From NCBI GenBank assembly GCA_028534125.1, contig CM052816.1, positions 87,236,001-87,300,000 of the forward strand: a DNA stretch of 64,000 nt, read 5' to 3'. Made by a program: the position numbers and the translations under genes. Shown one piece after another: positions 11,940 through 24,599 of this stretch (its first letter is position 1; every line of letters starts with the position of its first letter). The DNA is from Lama glama (lineage: Eukaryota). The notes beneath the pieces are model-generated. The model did not search any database, was not told where the DNA came from, and worked only from the letters and a program-made list of their open reading frames with translations.

Positions 11940-12980
11940 GAGTGGACAGCACAGGAGGGATACAATGAACTGCAGTCCCCAAACCAACTGGTCTCATTAA
12001 CCTCTTCTAAATTTATAAGTAAGAAGGGACAACCACTGGACCACTGGAGGAGCTGCAGCTTGAACATGAGTGGAGAAGGGGAGCCACATGGGGCAAAGGG
12101 TGAACTATGCAGTACCAGAGCCTCCTGCAAGAAGGCACATGCTGCACGTGTGAGGAGCTGACAGCTCATGGCTTTAATTCTGCAGCATTTGAACTGAGGG
12201 CGTATTTCTCAAGATGGCCCCAGGCAGTGGCCGAGGAGGACAGCACGACATAAGAGCTTGCCACTTCCACCCAACACGCGACTCCTCTACTGGGCAGTCT
12301 TGCTCTGGAGTGCTTGGGTTTAGCTGGCTGAGGCTCTGTCAGATCTGCATCAGGCTCTGTTGGCTCCTCCTGCACATTCCAACTACCTCCCTTTTCCTTT
12401 CCTGCTCTCCGATAAATAATTACTCCTAACAGTCTCAGCATGTTTTCTGGAAGACCTAACTGATGCATGTGTATTACATGTATTCTATGATGGCAGCTCA
12501 AATGGGGGCTTATTGTAAATGACTAGGGGTTTCTCTCCCGGGATGAAAGATTATCCAGCTCTCAAACAATGTGAACTATCAAAGTAAGGAATGCAGTTAT
12601 CAAACGGTCTTCACTTGACACACTTTGGGAATCTGCAAGTGTTCCTATTGAAGCCACACCTTACAAGGGCTGCATTCAGCATCGCCTTGTCTTCCCAACA
12701 CAAGCTCCTCTAATGGTTCTTCTAACAGACTCCCCTGGGGCTCTCCCTCAGCAGGGGTAAGGTTTTGTGCAACCGACACTGCAATGGGAGGCTTTGCCTA
12801 CTCAGTTCTCCTTCTTCACCCCTCTCTTCACAGGAATCAGACCTGCATCATGGTTTGATGGCTCCTCTTCCCTACTCTTAGTCTTCACTCCCCATTATCT
12901 TGCATAAGCATTTTTCCCATTAAGTCTCTTACATTCTAATTACAACTTTGTGTCTGCTTTCCAAAAGCCCAAACTAACAC
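11940..12980 (+). mobile_element. ERV-L relic: 3' internal end, polypurine tract and LTR16-family LTR (about 12106-12980)
   Basis: PPT-like ggggcaaagggtgaac directly precedes the LTR, which ends tgtctgctttccaaaagcccaaactaacaca. Confidence 0.55.
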
Positions 12981-15945
12981 AGAGCCCATTCCATTACCAT
13001 ATTGAATACTTGAAAATTTCTATGTTTATGTGGAACTGCTAGTCATATTTTCTATTTATGCATCCATTTTTCCTCTGGAATTGTGGTTTATATATATATA
13101 TATGTATAATGTTTGTCATTCTAGAGTAAAGCATTCTGAATTCTTGTAAAAACTTCCTTTTCCTTATTTTATTTATTTATTCATTTATTTATGATAGTAA
13201 AGCACTCTTCTGAACAGTTCATTTTCTTCTGAATTAATTCTAGTTTGGATGATACTTCTTTCAAAATCTAGTATGTAAACTGTTTTTTGTTTTTTGGGTT
13301 TTTTTGCCCTAAATGCATTTTTAGTCTGAGGTTACAATGGGATCATCAAATTCCTCACTCTCTATTCTGTATTTATGTTAATAGAGTCTAAGATCAAATT
13401 TGTGCATTTTTCACACCATGCAATAGAATTATATAAAAGTGGCAGTCACCTAGAACTCATATATCTTTTTCACATAGGCTGGTGCAAAAATTTATGTTCT
13501 TCATTCCATGTACTTGCAATTGTTTCTTTGAAACTAAACATAATATTTTACATTTATTCTCATTGCATGTCATTTAATTCACTTTGGTCCATCTAACACA
13601 TCAACACTCCTTCACATCCTGACTCTGTCATCTAATATACTTACTAATATATTCTAAACTAGTTTTACCTTGGGATCCACTTTTTGTGCCATTTCTGTTC
13701 CAGGAACTGACACAAGTGTAGAACAGGACAGGCTCTGTTAGCATGTGTTTAAACATCTTCCTGCAGATTTCATTTCAACCTATTTATCAGCACTATGGGT
13801 TTTCATCATTCAACTGAGTATAGATCCACATAATTGAACATTTATTATCATTAAATCCACAGTTCACTCTATTTTCTACAAGATTTTTATTAGATATTCT
13901 ATTAAATGTAACTATTTCTTACTATATTAAATATGTGTTTGGTCAAGATGCAGCAGAACCATTTATTTATCTGACAACTGCTGGGGAAAGTAATACATTT
14001 TAAGACATGAGGTGTTGTAAAATGATGCTAACTGTATTTGAATTTGGTTATTAACTAGATTCCTATTGCTTCAAAAGCCCCTGTCGGAAATATAAGCACA
14101 ATGAATAACAGAATATACAACCAATAGTGGCTTCAGTTCTGGCAAAAAAGCGGGGCTTTTCCCCAAAACCATCAGTCAACTAGATCAAGACATCCCTTTT
14201 CCTGGACTAGAAGTAAGCCTAGAGGTAGAACAAAACCCATATAATGTAATTCATCTGTGCCCTTTCTTGCTTGGTTTCATTCATTTCCCAATTTTCCACA
14301 ATGTTTTCGATTTAGGAAAAACATGTTTTTATAAGTAAGTACAAGAATTTTTTCCCAATGGCTAGGGCAGAGTATGTTTTGATTCTCAACACCACATTGT
14401 TCTTCCTTTAATAAGCACTGACGTGCTTTAACTCATAACAGTCACTAAGATGCTTTTCTCTTTCATGGCTTCTATGGACAGCTGATTATGATTTTGTCAC
14501 ATTCTGAAGATTCAGTATTTGGTCTAGTAGTTAGAGAGTCCATTGGGGGCATATATAACAGAATAACCAGCTCACCATTTCTTAAGAAAAAGACAATACA
14601 ATGCAATCACTCAGTTTTTTATTCTCTTCCTTGAGAAAAACATATGAATTCTGATTTTAATTAGTTCAGGAAACTGCTATTTATCTAAACTTATGATTAT
14701 ATTTGAGATCAGTGACTATTAATTGATGCTGATCTTAAAATTTCTGTTCACATAGCTTTGCATAACAATATCAGTTAGGCACTTTTACAGGATTAACAGA
14801 CAGGACATTTTGTGGAATTTATTTTTCTCCCAAAGGTCCTCAAATGAAAATATGGAAATTAACTAGAGTCTGTTTAAAGAGTTTATATGAACAGAATACA
14901 TTCCTACATATTTATCAACATTTAGCTATATCTAAGAAAAAAATGCATGCTTTTCTAGAATTGACTTAGTGATTTAAACTTTTCTGTTTCATAAAAATAA
15001 TTGGGAGCATGTTATTTCTCTGTTATCAAAAAAGAAAAAAATGTATTAATATCTGCTAAGAAAAAGTTTATCACAATAATGTCTAAAACTAACTTAGTGT
15101 CAGAAGAACTTAGTGATATAGTGTCAGATGAAATGTGGTTACATTAACATGATTTGTAAATACGACCTTTGTTCTAAGGGAAAGAACAGAGAAGGAATCA
15201 GTTCAGGACAAAGAAATTGATTAAAAATATGAAGAATTAGTCAAATTGAAATACAAGCATCCAGGAGCTTAAAAGGAAAGCAACTGTCACAACTCAGTGG
15301 CAATTTTCCTAGTTACTTTCAAACTAAGCCAATATCTCTATTTTCATGTGTTTTACAACTTACCAACAATCTGTTTTACTTACGGGCCCTAGGTAATACC
15401 CAATAAACTCCTGCATATCCCGTTATGTCTACTATTCTAATGGGATGATTTATTGTTTTACTTTGTTTTTAATTTTAATACTTGGCTTACTTGATTGTAC
15501 ATACATTAGTCTGAATGTAGCATTTATCACACAAACTGAGCATTAATAATGCATTTCAATACTACTTCAAGAATGGAAAAAATCCACTAGAAAATAAAAC
15601 CTGAATTTTAAGCAGATAGGAATAAAAAAGAAAAGTTAAATTATACAAAACAATATTCATCCTAGTGATTTTTTTAAATTAATGAGGCCTTTGAGCTTCA
15701 CAAGATAATCCAGAATATTAGCTTTAAGTCAAATTGGAATTTGGTGTGGAAATGACATTTCTTGATCTCATTATCAGAATGAACTAAACACTGTGAAAGC
15801 AATAGGTTTAAAAGATGAAAAACAAAAACGAAATTCAAACTATCTTATCAATAGCAGCAATACTATCAAGATTTGTTTACTAATTCTAATCAAGTTGGCA
15901 TTTTCAATTAAATTTTTATTACTTTAATATGAGAATATCTAAAAC

Positions 15946-16169
15946 AGATGCTCTCAGCTTCAGCAAAGTTGCTGTCTTGGACTGGAATATTTTTTGTTGA
16001 GGGGGGCTGTCCTGTGCATCGTAGGATGCTTGTAACATCGCTGGCATCTACCTGCTAGATCCTAGCAGTACTCACTCCAAACATGGCAATTTAAAACGGC
16101 TCCAGACGTCTTTTGGCATGTGTGTGCATGCACATGTGCATGGGTAGTTACTCTGTGTTAAGAACCACT
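15946..16169 (-). mobile_element. MER20 (hAT-Charlie non-autonomous DNA transposon)
   Basis: ggctgtcctgtgcatcgtaggatgc...catcgctggcatctacctgctagat...gttaagaaccact is the reverse complement of MER20. Confidence 0.8.
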
Positions 16170-17309
16170 TATCTCAGTTATTAACTTATAACATTATAAA
16201 ATATACACAGCAATTGGTTTTATAATTGTCATAGGTCATATTTCCAAATATTTAGCAAATGTTTACATTGCATGTTCAACATCTGTAAATTAATATACAT
16301 GTGTAATTGAACCAATTTTGCTATATTTTATGAGGGGAACAGTAGCTTGTAGTGAGTGTAATGTGTAGTAAGGATCTAGTTTTAGAACAGGCAAGTAGCA
16401 GGAACAATTAAAATCTGGGAAGAGAAAATTGCAGTATTCTCTCAAACGTAGTAGAAAGAAAAAGCAATAATGGGTAGTATCTATAAAGCTATTTTTTCAT
16501 AGATGCTTTCCATCATTTACTTGGAGAGCTGACAGATAGAAAAAAAAATATAAAAGCTATTGTTTTTATGTCAGCATGATTACAGGAGATACAATATAAG
16601 TTACAAACAATAGATATCAATACCAAAACACCATTTTCCAAAACAGATACAAATTTTCTTCTAAAGAGATAAAAGGTCACATATAAGTGAAGATTCGACA
16701 ACAATCCCTTATAACATGGCTAAACAGCCACAATTATAATCCATCACTTCAAGTTCAAAATTCAAAATTTTCTTGTCATTTGTTTCCCTGTTCAGTCACC
16801 AACCTGCCTGAGAAAGACATATGGCAGAATCTTTTTAAAAAAAGGTCAACAGAGTGGGTGGAGAACAATTTTCCATAACAACAGAGATGTTTAATTCCTG
16901 TTACCACCTGGTATACACTAAAATTTTCTTTTTTAAAATTATATTTTATTTCTATCCAAAAAGAAAAACTAGGAAGGACTGCTCTTATCAACATAATTGG
17001 TATGTAGATTACTTATCAAGTCTTCAGTTTTTATCTCCCTTTCTTACTGTCTGTATATAGAAAAGTGTCAGTAATCATTCATTAATTCACATCCTCTCGT
17101 CTACCCAACAAATAGTTACCGACACCTCCATCATTTGTTTATTTGTATCTCCATTTACTGCTTTGGGATTCTAAATAGTAGCATGCATTTGTTTATTTAT
17201 TTGTTAATAAATGAACTAATTAATTAATCATTTCTATTCCTTCTAAATTCTGTGTCTACATTTCAAGTTATTTCCACCACTGATGTCAGGATGCTGGCCT
17301 CATGGGTCA

Positions 17310-17690
17310 ATCACTCTGATGGCTACGGTAAATGCATATGGTGCTCTGTACAGCCCTCTTCCAGGTTGGTACATCTATCCTTCAACTTGGAAGAGCTGTT
17401 GCTAATGGCTCACACTTGCAGTCCTCACAGGTAATTGCTTTTTTCCAAAGTGACACCTTCTCCCAGAGGGTGACCCATATTCTTTGACAGGTCTTATGGC
17501 TATTCAAAGGTCCATCCTTTTGACTCAGTTTGGACAGTTTCTGAGTGACCACCCCAGCTCTGGAGCTCTTTGCACTGGCTGAAGCCTCAGTTGAAATTGC
17601 ATTGCAGATAAGCTTCTTTCTCTGCCCAATCCCACCTTTCAGGTCCATCGCTCAAGAAAACCCCTCATAAATCTCCTATATATGTCTCTC
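17310..17690 (+). mobile_element. LTR16-like LTR, probably the 5' LTR of the ERV-L relic running to about 20870
   Basis: ccagctctggagctc...ggctgaagcctcagttg...tctgcccaatcc...ataaatctcct follows the LTR16 pattern. Confidence 0.55.
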
Positions 17691-17888
17691 TGTTGGGTAG
17701 ATGGGGTAGAAAAATAGGTTTATGACTTAATCAAAAGATAAAAAAAAAAGATTCAAAGAACAAAGAACTCTTAGCCAAGTAGAATTCCTATGCAACCTCA
17801 GGGCTCTATTAAGAAGTGAGGCCATGAAACTTGAGGAGGAAATATCTGGATAGGTGCAGAAAATAAATCAAACTCATCATTCTCTAAA

Positions 17889-18033
17889 CCAAGGTTTCCT
17901 AGCCTTGACACTATTGGCATTTTGGACCAAATGATACTTAGATGTGGAGGCCTGTCCTGTGCACTGTAAGATATTTAGCAACATCCCTGGCCTACCTGGG
18001 GGTTGGCAAATTGCCTCTGGTTGAGAGCCACTG
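17889..18033 (-). mobile_element. MER20, internally deleted
   Basis: ccttgacactattggcattttggacc...ctgtcctgtgcactgtaagatatttagcaacatccctggcc joins directly to ggcaaattgcctctggttgagagccactg. Confidence 0.8.
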
Positions 18034-18299
18034 TTTTCTACCCTCTGGCTATAAATACGACCCACCTGCCCTTGGTAAATCTGGAAGGCCCTGCAGAAGT
18101 CTGAAGAGAGGCAACTGCTTCACAAAACATTGCTTGTCATCAGGATCTATACCAGTTTCTTCTCTGATCAATATACTTTGACTGGGGAGTTGATGAGTCT
18201 CTAGAAAGAGGGAAAAGATTATATGTAAAGAAGTTAAAGGACTTTGCATTAAATACCAGAGGTCTTATGGGATGATTTATTGAGGGTGCTCTATAAGGC

Positions 18300-19720
18300 A
18301 TGGGGGGAATATAAATATTCAGGTAGGTGGGAGACAAATATTACAAATATTCAGGGACCTGCCATATCAGTGAAGTTTTCTAGGGTCAAGTGGCCTGAGA
18401 TATAAATGTGCATTCCCTCCCACAAGTCAGAATGAAGTACAACACCTGATAGAACTTTTTAGGCTCAGGGAGCAACATGTTTCACACTTGAGATTATGGG
18501 ATGGCACAGAAGGCTACATCTCTGCACATGTACAGAGAAGGTAAGGACATTGCAGGTTTCCCAGTCTCCACTGCCCTGCACTTTGGGCCAGCTGGTCCGG
18601 CAGACCCCCGGGTACAAGAAATATCTTTGGGTTTAATGTGGAGTTAATATCAATCCCCAGTAAGAGAATAACAATGTAATTAGTACCTTGGGCTATGAGA
18701 GCAAAGTCATACATGCAGACTGAACTAAAAACTATACACATTAAGAAACTATACACCTTGGAAAGTTGGCAGACTGAAAATCAGTTAGTTCATGGCAAGC
18801 TACTGAGGTGGAGCTTCTAATCATGGAAACTAAGTGACCATGCAGCTAGAGCTGGGTTATATCTAATCTATCAAAATAGGACGTGAACCCATCCAATAGC
18901 AATCCATGGTGAGATAAAAGTTGTGTATCCAGGATCGAGCATTAGGAGGGTCAAAATGTACAATGATCCAAAAGTAGACTGGTGTCACACTGTAGTTCCC
19001 CTCTGAGGAGGCCTTCAGGAGACCAGGAAGAGAAGTTGCCAGCCTGATGGAATAGAGGACTTACTTCTCAAAGATGAAGTCGAGGCATGCAATAGAAAAT
19101 GATCTCCTTGATGGTGGGGTACCATCCTCCATGCTGTGGAATACACCCTAAAATGTATCGCTTCTACATCAAAGTAACAGAAACTCTAGTTATCATTACT
19201 CCCAGTGACCCATATGAGTTATTTGCACTTTCTATCCTTAAATTTTGGGCTCTGTCAGACAAGAAGTCTTGGTTCTTAGAAGGCTAATGCTTCAACCAGG
19301 CTGTACACCAGGAGTTCCAAAGGGTCTTAAGTTACAGTTGCTGCCCTGTCACTTCAGGATCCTCATCCCAAGAAATCATCAGACAAAAAGATGCTTTACT
19401 AAAGTGGGTAATTTGCCCTGGTCACAAGAAGAAGGTAACTTTGCTATCATATAACAGGAGCAAAAAATAATAGGTTTGGGGGTAAGGTGATCTACCAATA
19501 AATCTCTTGGTGATCCCGTACTCTATTTTAAAGGGAAATGAATGCTTTAGGAAACATTTGTTCGAGAAAGGCATAGTAGCAAGCAATTTGGGACCTTTAG
19601 GGAAGAATTTCTGGGTGATTTCCAGCAAATAAACCCTAGACAGGAAAATTTTAGGGGCTAGCAGAATTTTAGGGGCTTTGAGAAAAGGACTGAGGATCAG
19701 TTGATGAATCTCAGTTATGC
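18300..19720 (+). mobile_element. ERV-L internal relic with decayed RT, RNase H-region, integrase and dUTPase remnants
   Basis: About 18328 reads WETNITNIQGPAISVKF..GVKW (ERV-L WEINPTKIQGPATSVKFLGVQW). About 18900 resembles QQSIIKWKWYIRDRA. About 19040-19150 is integrase-like (GL..WNGLLK...GWGTILHAVEYTL). About 19190-19390 is dUTPase-like (IITPSDP...EVLV...LKLQLLPCHFRILIPRNHQTK). Many frameshifts and deletions. Confidence 0.8.
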
Positions 19721-19924
19721 CCTTGAGTTCACATGCAGCAATAGAGGTTATGGTTCCATCCCACTGAGCTGTCTCTTGTCAGTGCTCCAGGAAACAAGAT
19801 TAACCAGAATTCTAGAGATGCTCTTCCCAGATGGGCCACAACTGATAGAAAAAGCATATGGAGCTAAGTGGCACAGGCACACACAACATTGTATACAATG
19901 ATTTTCCATCTGGATCCCCTGTTT

Positions 19925-20848
19925 GAGTTTGACATACTCATCTTCCATGCACCTGGAAGTATCAGCTGCAAATGGTACAAAGCTGCCTCTCCACTAGGAA
20001 TTGTTCTCTGCCACAGGGAATTGCCTTGTGCAAATTTAAGCTCTCTCTTGTGGGGTTTTGTTGGTCCTCAGGGCCACCCCTAGGTTTGATAGTTCACTGA
20101 GAAGACTCATAGGACTCAACATGCAGTCATGCTCATGCCTACGATTTATTACAACAAAAAGATACAAAACAAAATCAGCAAAAGGAGTAGGCACATGTGG
20201 CAAAATCCACAGGAAAAAAAGGCACAAACACCTCAAAGTCCTCCCTCAGTGATCACAAAGAAAGTACTTGTTTCTTCCAGCAATGAATTGTGACAACATA
20301 TGTGAAATGTTGTCTATCAGGGAAGTTCATAGAAATTAAAGGCCCAGGGTGTTTACTGGGGACTGATACACAAGCACCCTCTACTTGGCATGTACCCAAA
20401 TTCCACACTCTTAGAAGAAAATCAGGTGTTCAGCATAAATCATATTGTTTGCACTAATTGCATAGGCCAGTGGACCACTCTTATGAGCTATGACGGTGGT
20501 GGTGGTCATCCTGAAATCGAGATGTCCGACAAAGGCCAATCTTGTAAACATGCCCTTCATAGGAAAGCAGTCAGTCTTGATGTGTTAACACTTTTCTGCA
20601 CACGTGGGCAGCCTCTGCCGATGACTAGCCGATGCTGGTATAGGAAAGGTTGGCCTCCTTGCCTCATTTGGAGATATCTTGGAAAGGCTCTCTCAGCACC
20701 AGATGTCCCTTGTGCCTTGTTAAGTGAGCTTGTTGCTCTCCTGCCCTCACGTCACACCTTCCCCACTTCTTCGCAGGGCTACCCAGAGCTCCTCCCAATA
20801 GACCTCTGCACAGAAGCTTCCCAATCCAGGCAACCTCATCTAAGACAA
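19925..20848 (+). mobile_element. LTR16-like 3' LTR split by a nested LTR insertion
   Basis: LTR16-type sequence lies on both sides of 20049-20602 and ends ...catctaagaca. Confidence 0.55.
20049..20602 (-). mobile_element. Solo LTR of the MER68/MER77/MER21 group nested in LTR16
   Basis: Minus strand starts tgtgcagaaaagtgttaacacatc (group consensus TGTGCAGAAAAGAGTTAACATAGC) and ends ...ccccaca. Minus-strand AATAAA at about 20145-20150. Confidence 0.75.
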
Positions 20849-21212
20849 CAGCTTAGGAACGATGACTAAAGACAGACTGAAAGTAGATGTGGTCTAGTGG
20901 ATCTCAAATGTTAAGGTATTAAAAATATACTGAGTTATTACCTTTGAAAATGCCTTGAGAGTCTGATGAAAATTAAACAGGTACAAAATTGCAGTTATCA
21001 TGGTACTTACAATATAGAAAATTATGGCTTTTGCTGGTGAAAAGAGCTCCAATTTGGAGCCCAAACCTTATGATTAAAATGTAAAATGAAGATAGCTGCA
21101 GTCTCAGTAGAGTACTGAATGCAAATAAGAAACTTAATTTGTTCTAGACTTAGGAGTCAAAAGAAGAGAAGTAGAGAAAGACTTGGCAGACTGCAGGGAA
21201 CACAAGCACCAG

Positions 21213-21234
21213 CACACACACACACACACACACA
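21213..21234. repeat. (CA)n microsatellite
   Basis: Direct reading. Confidence 0.95.
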
Positions 21235-22109
21235 ATCACACACATACTAACGCACACACTCACATACCCACATAATTGTTTTGCTCCATATACTGACCTT
21301 GATTTTAAATGAATTAAACGGACATTCAAAGCACTGTTTTTTTGCACTCTGGGGCATCATAGTAGCTCTCTAAATGCTAGTTGATCCCGATTCCAAATGA
21401 CTGTCTCTACTTTATGCAAAGCACTAACACTGTGTATACATAAAGACGATTTAAACTATCTTACTAGTTAGGGTCAGGGAAAAGATTGGAGACCTTCAGT
21501 TTCTGATAAAATCTTCTAAATGTTTCCTCATTTTCTAATCCTGAGAATGTCTCTTACTGAATGCAAATTGAGCTCGGGACTATGCTTGCAAGTCCTGCCG
21601 GTACAAATCAGACAGTTCATTATGGAGCAGAATATAATGAAACTAAGTTTTATTTGGCAAAAATCAGCCTCATTATCTGCATACTGTTTGAAATCGTACT
21701 TGGTGGTAATTACCTATGACTACTTGCTTGCTCGCTCACCTGGCACGCTCTGCACACTTTTATCTTGTCATCCATTAGGCTGCTTTTTGTAACGCTTGCT
21801 TTACTTCCCCATCTCTAACACCTATCTGGAGCTTCTGAAGTCAGTGTACCCTAATGTTTGTGATATGTCCTGCCAATTACCGAAGGTTTTACTCAGAACT
21901 CATGAAATAACTAATTACATTGGAAACAGCTTTGACTTATCAGCATTGTTAGACAGTTTCTCAAACGCCAATTAAATATGCAATTCACCTAAATCTGGGA
22001 AAATCTAAGGTTGCACTTCATTGCTTTGGAAATATTAGAGAAGAGGTTTTTTATATCTCAACTTCTGCAAACATAGAAGTTTCTTCTCATAGAAGGATGC
22101 TAAATGACC

Positions 22110-22570
22110 TTTCTCAGCTCTGCATTTTCAGCATTCATCCCCGCATCTTAGCAGAGAAGCCTGGATATGAATTTGAATAAGTGCCTGACTCACAGGGTTC
22201 TAGTTTTGGTTCTCCTAATGAGAGATACTCATGCAAGATTTGGAAGTTAGAAGGCGATCCTGAGCAATTATTCACCAGTGGAAGCTGTGAACAGACCCAC
22301 GGACATTGTCAGCAGCCAACTTTGGGCTTTACCAAAAGTTCCCTGCTGTCCGCAGCAAAGTCACCCGTTTCAATGAGCCAAGCAACTAAAATCTTCGAGA
22401 AGAGCTTGCCTGCACCTCCTGTGCTTCTGTACTTCCTCAGGACCTCCTTGACATATACTACTTCAGGCCTTCCAATGGTTGTATAAGCCATGAAACACCT
22501 GTATTCAATGCCTTAAATCTGGAAATACCTGGAGTGGTTTATGTTTCTCTGACTAAATCCGCCTGACATA
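22110..22570 (+). mobile_element. ERV-L solo LTR (LTR33-like)
   Basis: The 3' end ...aaatacctggagtggtttatgtttctctgactaaatccgcctgaca resembles the LTR33-group terminus. Confidence 0.5.
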
Positions 22571-23129
22571 GGAGATAATGTGGGAAGGTGTGCACATTCA
22601 TGATGAAAGGCTTTGCACTTTGGAGAGTTACTTTTAAATCTCAACTGTAAAAAATGCAATTATTTGACTAAGTCTTAACTCACTTGTTGAGACAAGATGA
22701 GGAGAAATTTGTCAAGTAAAGGAGCAAATAGTTTTTAATTCTCTGAATTATTGTCAACTGGTCAGACGCCCTGACAGCTCTTTTTTCTCAGTTTTTCTAG
22801 GCAGCATTTACACTTCACATTTTTTTTTAAAAAAAAATAAGCTTTGTGTAAGATTTCTGAAAAATGAGAAAGGAGCTACTCATTATGATTATCGTTTGTG
22901 AAAACCATATTTTGTTATGTAGAAATACATTTACTTTTAGAGAAATTAGATATATTGAAATTTCTAAAGTGAAATTCAAATATATCTGTTGTATTTTACA
23001 GGTTGAAAATACAAAGATTATACTGTAGAAGAAAGTCAAACAAGAAGGATCAAGAGGATTTGTTTTCAAAACCTAGAATTTTAGATCAGACATAAAAAGT
23101 TATCAAGTTATATACTGAATATATATTAC

Positions 23130-23154
23130 ATATATATATATATATATATATATA
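23130..23154. repeat. (TA)n microsatellite
   Basis: Direct reading. Confidence 0.95.
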
Positions 23155-23679
23155 CATACACACCAATTTAAGTCTATAAAAACTGGCAATTTGTAATTCT
23201 TATTTCATCAATAATAACCAAAGATTCAGAAAACTTTGAAATGACATACACTGATTTTTATTTTAAAATGTTATATGTGTCTTGGCAGTAATTCACTTTG
23301 AAATAGAAACCATCTGCAGAAAGAATGAGTCATTTTGTACATTTTGCTTGAAATTTTTGAATTGCTTTTTTCTATAATTAATATTTATATATGAGATCTA
23401 AATTGTAAGGTGTTGTGTTATTTCTGATTATGTCTGCATAATCACTGCTGTCACAGTGGTGAAATAATATTTCCAAAAACAGACATATCACTTTCAGCTA
23501 TTTTATCATTATAATGGTAGATCTAGCTAGTCTTGCTTGTCAAAACTATTAAGGCTTAAACTGTGAGTGACCACTATTAACATTTTTAAATCTTTCTCTT
23601 CTCTCCTTGACTCACAAAAAAGGTCAAGTAGGTCAATAAGATTTTATATTTATTCATATTTCAAACTATCAGGTCAAGT

Positions 23680-23800
23680 TTTAGAGATGGATAGAAGTGA
23701 TGGTTGCACAACAATGTGAAAGTACTTATTACAGAAACATATACTTAAAATGATAAAAATGGTAAATTTTATGTTATGTGTATTTTCTTACAATAAAAAT
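23680..23800 (+). mobile_element. L1MB-like 3' terminal fragment
   Basis: gtgatggttgcacaacaatgtgaa...ggtaaattttatgttatgtgtatttt...aataaaa, near-identical in pattern to the L1 end at 40790-40915. Confidence 0.8.
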
Positions 23801-24599
23801 ATGGAAAATTATTCTATCATTTTCTGTAAATTAGAGTTCAGCTTCATCTTTCTTTTGGATCAAATTTCTTTGATCAGATTATAACAGACTTTAGGTAGGC
23901 AGGGTTGAGACATAACAATAAATTCTTTTTTTTTTTTTAGTGAGTAAGACTCTAAACATTGCAGAGAGAAATTACTACAATATTTTATGTAGGAAAAAAG
24001 TTAACTGATTCATGATAGGCCACTTTATATTTACATCTAGGTAATGAATGAATTTAGACATAATGTATAAGAAAAAATGGATTGATCTAATAATTTAAAT
24101 AGGAAGAAAGGGAATTACAGGAATTTATATCTAATTAACATGGGGTCAGTGCTGTCCAGATGAGTAGAAGGAGAAAACAGAACACTTAGTAGTGACAATC
24201 CTATTTTGTTCTACTGCCAGAGAAAATCTTCTCTTGGTTTCATAGTTGTGAGGTGTCCAAACCTGATTTGTCTCTTGCCAGCCTGTGTTGTCTAAGGGAA
24301 TGCATTTTTATACCATCACCTCTCAGTTTTCAGAGGTTACAGTCAGTGGCCCAACAGAACTAAGGGAAGACCTCTGAAACCTCTGACACACCCAGGTGCA
24401 GGGAAACCCCATGGCAGTTCCCCGCAGTCCACCCAGTCCATTAATGCACTCAGTCAGCATTTGAAGAGGGCCCAAAACACAAAATGTAAGAGTATGTCAA
24501 CTTCTTTAAAAGGGAGGTTGGTGTGAAAAGGAGTGGAAGCTTTTCTTCCTGTTTCTGTTTGGAAACATTCAAATTACACCAGAAATATTTATATCTGGA

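Noticed and set aside
11354..12169. Long ORFs of 185-271 aa in the ORF track
   Set aside because: Artefacts of translating through the 500-N gap.
20390..20869. 159-aa plus-strand ORF, the longest without Ns
   Set aside because: Runs across the junction of a MER68/77-type LTR and LTR16; no recognisable domain, so a chance ORF in LTR sequence.
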